NCBI RefSeq assembly: GCF_042660085.1
Contig: NZ_JBHSTI010000018.1
Location: forward strand, 1-22,537
DNA length: 22,537 nucleotides
Source of the DNA: Longivirga aurantiaca
Lineage (GTDB): Bacteria; Actinomycetota; Actinomycetes; S36-B12; CAIYMF01
Reading direction: 5' to 3'
Part shown: piece after piece, positions 14,193 through 22,537 of the stretch
Position numbering within the stretch: the stretch's first letter is position 1
Layout of the letters: each line of letters begins with the position of its first letter
Notes under the pieces: model-generated
The model's database searches: none
The model's input: the letters and a program-made list of their open reading frames with translations, nothing else
Told to the model about the DNA's origin: nothing
Made by a program: the position numbers and the translations under genes

Positions 14193-15233
14193 TCAGTAGG
14201 CCGTGCCGTGGGTGGGGTGCGAGTCGGTGCCCGACGATCGGATGACGACGACGCGGTCGCCCTTCTGCAGAAGGGTCACCACGCCCTCGTCGAACCGGTG
14301 CACTGCACCGTCGCGTACGACGGCGAGCACCACCACGCCATGTGCCAGCAGCGACTGCGGTGGCACGCCGAGCTCGGCCGGCGTGATGGCGCGCTCGATG
14401 ATCTCGAGGCCGCGCACAGGCTCGAGCAGGTCCTCCACGATCTGACCGGCCACCGGCGACGCGAGCGACAGGCCGAGCAGGCGCCCCGCCGACTCCGCCG
14501 TCGGGATGACGATGCTCGCGCCGCTCTGCCGGAGCACGGTGATGTTCTGGCTCTCGCGGGCCGAGGCGACGATCGTGGCGGCGGGGGTCAGGCGCCGTGC
14601 CGTCAGCACGACGAGAACGGAGGTGTCGTCGCGGTCGGTCGCGACGACGACCCGCGCGGCCTTCGCGACCTCGGCCGCGGCGAGCACCTCCTCGCGGGTG
14701 GCGTCGCCGACGACCCCCACGCAGCCGAGCGCGGTGGCCTCGTCGACGGCCTGGCGCGTCCGGTCGACGACCACGATCTCTGCGGCCGGCGTCCCCTGGT
14801 CGAGCACCGCCTGCACTGCGCTGCGTCCGGTGACGCCGAACCCGACCACGACGGTGTGTGCGTTCACGCGCTGCCTCCAGCGGTTGGCACGGAAGTCGTC
14901 ACGGCTGCGCTGGGTGAGCACCTCGACGGTCGTGCCCACGAGCACGATGAGGAAGAGGAAGCGCAGCGGCGTGATGACGAGGGTGTTGGTGAGCCGGGCG
15001 ACGTCGGAGTACGGCGTGATGTCGCCGTACCCGGTCGTGGAGAGCGACACGGTCGCGTAGTAGAACGCGTCGAGCCAGCCGATCGGCTCCTCGGTGACGT
15101 CCCGGTAGCCGTCGCGCTCGAGGTAGACGATGACCGCGGTGATCACGAGGCACGCCGCCGCGATGCCGACGCGGGCGAGGATGGACGCGAGCGGGCTCAG
15201 CCTCCGCGCAGGCAGCCGCAGCACCGACGTCAC
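14193..15233 (-). CDS. Two-TM potassium channel with cytoplasmic RCK (TrkA-N / TrkA-C) domains
   Basis: The selectivity filter reads ATVSLSTTGYGD between two hydrophobic helices. A Rossmann-like VVVGFGVTGRS (RCK/TrkA-N) and a C-terminal TrkA-C-like segment follow. The start is GTG at 15233 with GGAAAGG upstream. The stop at 14193 is 1 nt from the qor ATG at 14191. Confidence 0.85.
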   Translation of the reverse strand: MTSVLRLPARRLSPLASILARVGIAAACLVITAVIVYLERDGYRDVTEEPIGWLDAFYYATVSLSTTGYGDITPYSDVARLTNTLVITPLRFLFLIVLVGTTVEVLTQRSRDDFRANRWRQRVNAHTVVVGFGVTGRSAVQAVLDQGTPAAEIVVVDRTRQAVDEATALGCVGVVGDATREEVLAAAEVAKAARVVVATDRDDTSVLVVLTARRLTPAATIVASARESQNITVLRQSGASIVIPTAESAGRLLGLSLASPVAGQIVEDLLEPVRGLEIIERAITPAELGVPPQSLLAHGVVVLAVVRDGAVHRFDEGVVTLLQKGDRVVVIRSSGTDSHPTHGTAY

Positions 15234-15248
15234 GCGCCGAACCTTTCC

Positions 15249-15267
15249 AGATGAAGGCGACCTTCAT
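15249..15267 (-). terminator. Small hairpin between the moeA-like stop and the K-channel RBS (terminator or attenuator candidate)
   Basis: GATGAAGG-CGA-CCTTCATC forms an 8-bp stem with a 3-nt loop. It lies 75 nt after the stop at 15343 and directly 5' of the channel RBS. The arms are identical to the inner arms of the 5679-5709 hairpin. Confidence 0.45.
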
Positions 15268-15342
15268 CCCATAGAGCCGTACGAACCGGCCCATCATCCC
15301 GGGAGCTCTCCCCAGGCGACGTCGGGCGACGGACTGAACCCG

Positions 15343-16521
15343 TCACGGCAGGGGCAGCACGAGTACGCCGGTGCCGCGCGCGCCCGCGCCGTGCGCCACC
15401 ACCGCGAGGCCGTCCGCGAGCGCGATCCCCCGCAGCGCGGCCGGGCCGTCGTGCGGCAGCGGAGTGGCCGACGGCACCAGCGACGTACGCCGACGCTGCA
15501 CCGGCACCAGCCGCACCCAGCCCTCGGAATCCACGAGACCGGGCGGCACGTCGGCCGCGAGCACGCACTCCTCGGTGCGCGACTCGTCCGCGCCGAGCTC
15601 GCCGCGCAGCACCGCCAGCAGCGGCACCAGCAGCGTCAGCACACCGGCCACCGCTCCTAGCGGCGCCTCGGGCAGCGACACCACGCGCCGCCCGTCCGGC
15701 AGCACCGCGAGGCTGCTCGCGGTTCCCGGTCGTACGGCGACCCCGTCGACCACCCACCGGCCGGAGAGCCGGGCCACGGCGCGGTGGACGTCGTCGGACG
15801 TCGAGGTCGCGCCCGTCACCACGATCACGTCGCTGTTGGCGTCGTCGATCGTGTCGACCAGCTCGTCGAGGCCGCCGAGCACGCGCACCGGCGGGAAGGC
15901 GCGCCCACCGGCCCAGGCGATCCAGCCGGGCAGCATCGGCCCGAGCGCGTCGCGGCCCTTCTCCGGTACGACGATGGCGACGTCGGGCGGTCGTACGACG
16001 GGCAGCGTGTCGAGGCCGGCCGCCGCAGCGAGAGCCGTGACCGCGGGTGTCACGACCCCGCCGGCCTGCAGCAGCATCTCGCCCGCCGCAGCCTCCTCGC
16101 CGCGCGGCCGCACGTCGCTGCCGGGCTCGACGTAGCCCGCATGCGGCGCGAGCCGTCCAGACGCCGGGTCGCCCACGTGCAGGCGGCCGGTGCGGCCCTC
16201 GTCGAGCACGAGCGCGTGGTCGGCGCGCAGCACGGAGTCGGCACCGAAGGGCAGCACGCCGCCCGCCGACACCTCGACCGCGCAGCCGTCCCCGAGGTGG
16301 TCGACCGGGCCGGGTACGACGTCCCACGGGCCCGGGCCGCTCACAGCCCAGCCGTCGACGTGGGCGGCGTCGGCCGGGGGGAGCGCGGTCGTGGCGACCA
16401 GCGGCTCTGCGAGCACGGCGCCGACCGCGGCCGCGAGCGGCACCGAGACGACGGGCAGCGAGTCGGCCGCCTCGCGCGCAGCACGCCGCGCGACGCTCCA
16501 GCTCACCAGCCCGTCGGTCAT
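15343..16521 (-). CDS. MoeA-family (molybdopterin molybdenumtransferase-like) protein
   Basis: ATG 16521 lies 7 nt after GGGAGGA. The product contains ...PLAAAVGAVLAEPLVATTALPPADAAHVDGWAV... (compare the MoeA PPFDxSAMDGYAV block) and ...SDVIVVTGATSTSDDVHRAV.. (MoCF-binding-like). The rest of track ORF 15343..17247 is a spurious 5' extension. Confidence 0.7.
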   Translation of the reverse strand: MTDGLVSWSVARRAAREAADSLPVVSVPLAAAVGAVLAEPLVATTALPPADAAHVDGWAVSGPGPWDVVPGPVDHLGDGCAVEVSAGGVLPFGADSVLRADHALVLDEGRTGRLHVGDPASGRLAPHAGYVEPGSDVRPRGEEAAAGEMLLQAGGVVTPAVTALAAAAGLDTLPVVRPPDVAIVVPEKGRDALGPMLPGWIAWAGGRAFPPVRVLGGLDELVDTIDDANSDVIVVTGATSTSDDVHRAVARLSGRWVVDGVAVRPGTASSLAVLPDGRRVVSLPEAPLGAVAGVLTLLVPLLAVLRGELGADESRTEECVLAADVPPGLVDSEGWVRLVPVQRRRTSLVPSATPLPHDGPAALRGIALADGLAVVAHGAGARGTGVLVLPLP

Positions 16522-16605
16522 GCCCTGATCCTCCCGCGTGCGCCGTACGCCGCACGTGCGCGACGCGCGCCGTACGCCTCCGACACCCAGAACGCTTGAC
16601 GGCCG

Positions 16606-16618
16606 CATCAAGTTGATG
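16606..16618. promoter_or_regulatory. 13-bp perfect palindrome CATCAAGTTGATG, candidate operator in the moeA-like / carboxylase divergent region
   Basis: The 6-1-6 palindrome is AT-rich relative to its surroundings. It starts 5 nt after a TTGACG -35-like hexamer (16596-16601) and about 58 nt upstream of the carboxyltransferase start. TGTCAG occurs three times just downstream (16619-16646). Confidence 0.4.
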
Positions 16619-16675
16619 TCAGTGTCAGATGACGCCGGTGTCAGGTGCTGGCGTCGTCGCAGGTCGGAGGGTGAC

Positions 16676-18292
16676 GTGGCACGGATCGCGAGCAGGGTCG
16701 ACCTGCGCTCGCCGGCGTACGCCGACAACCGCGCGGCCATGCTCGAGGCGCTCGGCGAGATCGACGCGCTCACCGCCCAGGTCGTGCGCGGCGGCGGGAC
16801 GAGCGACGACGCGAAGGCGGCCACGGCCGTCGCCAAGCTGCGCGGGCGAGGCAAGCTGCTGCCGCGCGAGCGCATCGGCCTGCTGATCGACCGTGGGTCG
16901 CCGTTCCTCGAGCTCTCGCCGCTCGCCGGCCACGGCACCGACGACCCGCTCGGCGGCGGCATGGTCAGCGGTATCGGCCGCATCAACGGCGTCGAGTGCG
17001 TGATCAGTGCGAACGACCCGACCGTGAAGGGCGGCGCCCAGGGCCCGACCAGTGTCGCCAAGGGCCTGCGCGCGATGGAGATCGCGCGCGTCAACCGGCT
17101 GCCGCTCGTGAGCCTCACCGAGTCGGCCGGCGCCGACCTCCCCAAGCAGGCCGAGATCTTCGTGCCGGGCGGCGCGAGCTTCAAGAACCTCACGCGGCTC
17201 TCGGCTGCGGGCATCCCGACCATCACGCTGGTCTTCGGCTCGTCCACCGCCGGCGGCGCCTACGTGCCCGGCATGAGCGACTACGTCGTGCTGCAGAAGG
17301 ACGCCGCGAAGGTCTACCTCGGCGGGCCGCCGCTGGTGAAGATGGCGATCGACGAGGATGCCGACGAGGAGCAGCTCGGCGGCGCGGAGATGCACGCGCG
17401 CACGAGCGGTCTCGCCGACTACCTCGCCGCCGACGAGCCCGACGCCCTGCGCATCGGGCGCGACATCGTCGGCCACCTCAACTGGCGCACGCTCGGGCCC
17501 GGGCGCTCGAAGGCACCCGTCGCACCGGCGTACGACGCCGACGAGCTCCTCGGCATCGCGAGCGCCGACGTGCGTGTGCCGTTCGAGGTGCGCGAGGTGA
17601 TCGCGCGCGTCGTCGACGGCAGCGAGCTCGAGGAGTTCAAGCCGCTCTACGGCTCGACCCTCGTGACCGGCTGGGCGCACCTCGACGGCTTCCCGATCGG
17701 CATCCTCGCCAACAACGGAATCCTCTTCAGCGAGGAGGCCGAGAAGGGGGCGCAGTTCATCCAGCTCTGCGAGCGCCATGACGTGCCGATCCTGTTCATC
17801 CAGAACATCACCGGCTTCATGGTGGGCACGCGCTACGAGCAGGGCGGCATCATCAAGGACGGCGCCAAGCTCATCAACGCGGTGTCGAACTCCACCGTCC
17901 CGCACCTCACGCTGATGGTGGGTGCGTCGTACGGCGCCGGAAACTACGGCATGAGCGGTCGCGCCTACGACCCGCGCTTCGTCTTCACCTGGCCCAACCA
18001 CCGCATCGCGGTCATGGGGCCGAAGCAGCTCGGCGGCGTGCTCGAGATCGTGGCCAAGCAGCGCACCGAGGCGGCCGGGCAGCCCTTCGACGCCAACGCT
18101 TTCGCGCCGATGCGCGAGGCGTTCGAGCAGCAGGTCGAGGCGCAGTCGACGGCGCTCTTCGCGACCGGCCGGCTGTGGGACGACGGCATCATCGACCCGC
18201 GCGACACCCGCACGGTCCTCTCGCTCGCGCTCTCCGCCGTGCACTCAGCACCGGTGCAGGGCGCGAACACCTACGGCGTCTTCCGGATGTGA
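16676..18292 (+). CDS. Acyl-CoA carboxylase carboxyltransferase (beta) subunit, MccB/AtuC-like
   Basis: The start is GTG 16676, 5 nt after GGAGG. The product begins [26 protein letters not shown] and contains ...[26 protein letters not shown]...[16 protein letters not shown]...[15 protein letters not shown]...[22 protein letters not shown]... This is typical of the methylcrotonyl/geranyl-CoA carboxylase beta family. Confidence 0.9.
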   Translation: MARIASRVDLRSPAYADNRAAMLEALGEIDALTAQVVRGGGTSDDAKAATAVAKLRGRGKLLPRERIGLLIDRGSPFLELSPLAGHGTDDPLGGGMVSGIGRINGVECVISANDPTVKGGAQGPTSVAKGLRAMEIARVNRLPLVSLTESAGADLPKQAEIFVPGGASFKNLTRLSAAGIPTITLVFGSSTAGGAYVPGMSDYVVLQKDAAKVYLGGPPLVKMAIDEDADEEQLGGAEMHARTSGLADYLAADEPDALRIGRDIVGHLNWRTLGPGRSKAPVAPAYDADELLGIASADVRVPFEVREVIARVVDGSELEEFKPLYGSTLVTGWAHLDGFPIGILANNGILFSEEAEKGAQFIQLCERHDVPILFIQNITGFMVGTRYEQGGIIKDGAKLINAVSNSTVPHLTLMVGASYGAGNYGMSGRAYDPRFVFTWPNHRIAVMGPKQLGGVLEIVAKQRTEAAGQPFDANAFAPMREAFEQQVEAQSTALFATGRLWDDGIIDPRDTRTVLSLALSAVHSAPVQGANTYGVFRM

Positions 18293-18296
18293 CCGC

Positions 18297-20434
<2,138 letters not shown>

Positions 20435-20438
<4 letters not shown>

Positions 20439-22306
20439 GCGAGCGACCGGTGCGGATCGCGAACTGCTCGGGGTTCTTCGGCGACCGGCTCGACGCGGCA
20501 CGCGAGATGGTCGAGGGCGGCCCGATCGATGTGCTCACCGGCGACTGGCTCGCCGAGCTCACGATGCTGATCCTCGCCCGGCAGCGGATGAAGCACGGCG
20601 TGGGCAGCGGCTATGCCCGCACGTTCCTCACGCAGATGGAGCAGGTGCTCGGCACCTGCCTCGACCGCGGCATCAAGGTCGTGTCGAACGCCGGTGGCCT
20701 CGACCCAGCCGGCGCCGCGGCGGCGCTGCGCGAGAAGGCCGACGAGCTCGGCCTGGGGCACGTGCGCATCGCGTACGTCGAGGGCGACGACCTCATGCCG
20801 CGCCTCGACGAGCTGAAGGCCGCGGGCGAGACGTTCACCAACCTCGACACCGGCGAGACCCTCGAGTCGTTCGGCATGCCGCCGCTGACCGCGAACGCCT
20901 ACCTCGGCGGCCGCGGCATCACCGCGGCGCTCGCGGCAGGCGCCGACGTCGTCATCACCGGTCGCGTCACCGACGCCGCGCTCGTCGTGGGCCCGGCCGC
21001 GTGGTGGCACGGCTGGTCGTACGACGACGCAGCCAACCTCGACCGGCTGGCCGGCGCGGTGGTCGCGGGCCACGTGATCGAGTGCGGCGCGCAGGCGACC
21101 GGCGGAAACTACGCGTTCTTCTCCGACGTGCCCGGGCTCGAGCACGTCGGCTTCCCGTGGGCCGAGGTGGCCGACGACGGCAGCAGCGTGATCGGCAAGC
21201 ACGACGGCACCGGCGGTCTCGTGAGCCTCGGCACCGTCACCGCGCAGCTGCTCTACGAGATCGGCGGCCCGGAGTACGCGAACCCGGACGTGACAGCGCA
21301 CTTCGGCACGATCGAGCTGGCCGAGGTGGCACCCGACCGCGTCGCCATCTCCGGCGTACGCGGTCTGCCCGCGCCCGAGACGGTCAAGGTCGCGGTCAAC
21401 ACCCTCGGCGGCTTCAGGAACACGGCGTCGCTGGTGGTCACCGGGCTCGACGTCGAGGCCAAGGCCGATCTCGCCCTCCGCACGGTCGCCGGCGTGACTC
21501 TGCAGCAGGCGCAGTCCCTCTCGCCGGTCGATCTCGCCGCCGCGAGCACGTTCCGGGTGCGCGAGCTGCACGCCGACCTGCTGCGCCGCGACCGCGAGGA
21601 CCCCGCCACCACCGCGGACGCCCAGGCCGAGCTGCGGCTCACCGTGAAGGCCGCGGATCCGAAGGCGGTCGGCAAGGCCTTCACCGCGCCCATCGTCGAG
21701 AGCGCGCTCGCGACGTACCCCGGCATGTTCCCGACGGCGCCGCCCGCCGAGGGCACGCCGTACGGCGTCTACTGGCCGACCACCGTGCCGGCGTCGATCG
21801 TGACCCAGACCGTCACCCTCGACGGCGAGGTCGTCGCCACCACGCCGTCCGGTCTTCGAGTTACTGCCCACATGGTTGTTGAGGAGGCTGCTTCAACGAC
21901 CATGTGGGCAGTAACTCGCGAAAGCGAGGGGGACGGCGCCGGGCCGCGGCTGCCGCTCGGCACGTTCGTCGGGGCGCGCAGCGGAGACAAGGGCGGCAAC
22001 GCCAACGTCGGGCTGTGGGTACGTCGCTCCGGCGACGACCGGCTCGACCGGCACCGCTGGGAGTGGCTGGCGAGGCTCGTCGTCGAGGACGGCATCAGCA
22101 CGCTGCTGCCGGAGTCAGCCGCTCTCGAGCACGAGGTGCACGTGCTGCCCAACCTCCTCGCGGTCAACGTCGTCATCCGGGGCTGGCTCGGCCGTGGCGT
22201 CGCCGACTCGACCAGCCTCGACCCGCAGGCCAAGGGCCTCGGCGAGCACCTCCGTGCCCGAATCGTGCAGATCCCCGAACACCTTCTGCGAGAGGACGCC
22301 TCGTGA
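20435..22306 (+). CDS. Acyclic terpene utilisation AtuA-family protein (DUF1446 N-terminal region plus a small C-terminal SGDKGG domain)
   Basis: The product begins MSERPVRIANCSGFFGDRLDAAREMVEGGPIDVLTGDWLAELTM and contains ...VITGRVTDAALVVGP...HVIECGAQATGGNY... The C-terminal part reads ...LGTFVGARSGDKGGNANVGLWV. ATG 20435 overlaps the upstream stop. The N-terminal 480 aa of track ORF 18992..22306 are out-of-frame junk. Confidence 0.85.
21857..21918 (+). other. 62-nt near-perfect hairpin (28-bp stem, 6-nt loop) embedded in-frame in the atuA-like CDS
   Basis: CGAGTTACTGCCCACATGGTTGTTGAGG-AGGCTG-CTTCAACGACCATGTGGGCAGTAACTCG. Of 28 pairs, 26 are Watson-Crick and 2 are wobbles (T21877.G21898 and G21883.T21892), read on the sense strand. 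Arm GC is about 54%, against about 72% for the surroundings. A CTCGC-GAAA-GCGAG mini-hairpin (21915-21928) overlaps its 3' end. Confidence 0.9.
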
Positions 22307-22537
22307 ACGCCGACCCCGACACCGTCGTGGAGCGCACGGCACCGCTCACCGAGCGCGGGCGGCGCACGCGCGAGAAGCTGCTCGCCGCTGCGCGCAACCT
22401 GTTCGAGGAGCGCGGGTACGCCGCGACCCGCATGACCGATGTCAGCATCGTCGCGGGAGTGAGCCACGGCACGGCCTACACGTGGTTCACCGACAAGGAG
22501 GCGGTGCTGCGCGCGCTCGTCGACACCATCGTGACCG
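22303..22537 (+). CDS. TetR/AcrR-family transcriptional regulator (N-terminal part; runs off the window end)
   Basis: GTG 22303 overlaps the atuA-like stop (GTGA). The HTH region reads RTREKLLAAARNLFEERGYAATRMTDVSIVAGVSHGTAYTWFTDKEAVL. Confidence 0.85.
   Translation, partial: MNADPDTVVERTAPLTERGRRTREKLLAAARNLFEERGYAATRMTDVSIVAGVSHGTAYTWFTDKEAVLRALVDTIVT

Noticed and set aside
21857-21918. The hairpin as an integron attC site, a programmed -1 frameshift stimulator, or a sequencing-adapter remnant
   Set aside because: attC: there is no GTTRRRY/RYYYAAC core pair, no extrahelical bases and no integrase. Frameshift: there is no X-XXY-YYZ slippery heptamer in the 15 nt upstream, and the zero frame stays open with a sensible C-terminal domain. 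Adapter: it does not match the SMRTbell hairpin sequence as I remember it, though only the raw reads can fully exclude an assembly artefact.

Overview
This is a high-GC (roughly 70%+) window with Actinomycetota-style gene content (Bpa proteasome activator, MshD-like GNATs, CsoR copper operon, c-di-AMP riboswitch in front of a cell-wall hydrolase). It is densely coding on both strands. I see no rRNA, tRNA, CRISPR array, transposase or integrase. Many long ORFs in the supplied track are antisense or out-of-frame artefacts of the GC bias. I chose frames by recognisable protein motifs, third-position GC and RBS or start context.

Layout, left to right:
- (1) csoR-copZ-copA copper efflux operon on the minus strand, with a CsoR-type operator.
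- (2) A secreted NlpC/P60 hydrolase behind a ydaO-class c-di-AMP riboswitch.
- (3) An amidase plus HAD hydrolase pair.
- (4) An accessory-looking stretch from about 5.0 to 13.1 kb. It carries five GNAT acetyltransferase genes (two are tandem MshD-like paralogs), a bacterial SET-domain methyltransferase, a stand-alone RsbRD_N-like protein and a small hypothetical. The housekeeping serS and bpa genes sit in the middle of it.
- (5) A moeA-like gene, then a K+ channel (RCK) and a quinone oxidoreductase whose genes are 1 nt apart.
- (6) An atu/liu-like operon: carboxyltransferase subunit, biotin carboxylase/BCCP subunit, AtuA-family protein and a TetR regulator (truncated at the window end).

The most unusual sequence-level signals:
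- A 62-nt near-perfect hairpin of atypically low GC sits in-frame inside the atuA-like gene. Its only two mismatches are G.U wobbles on the sense strand.
- An 8-copy 15-bp tandem repeat, each unit starting with GTG, lies at the 5' end of one GNAT paralog.
- A perfect 41-bp direct repeat lies between serS and a GNAT gene, and that GNAT gene is itself bracketed by a 14-bp direct repeat.
- Two intergenic hairpins share the same GATGAAGG-N3-CCTTCATC core.

I did not recognise a known defence or mobile system. All functional links proposed below are hypotheses.
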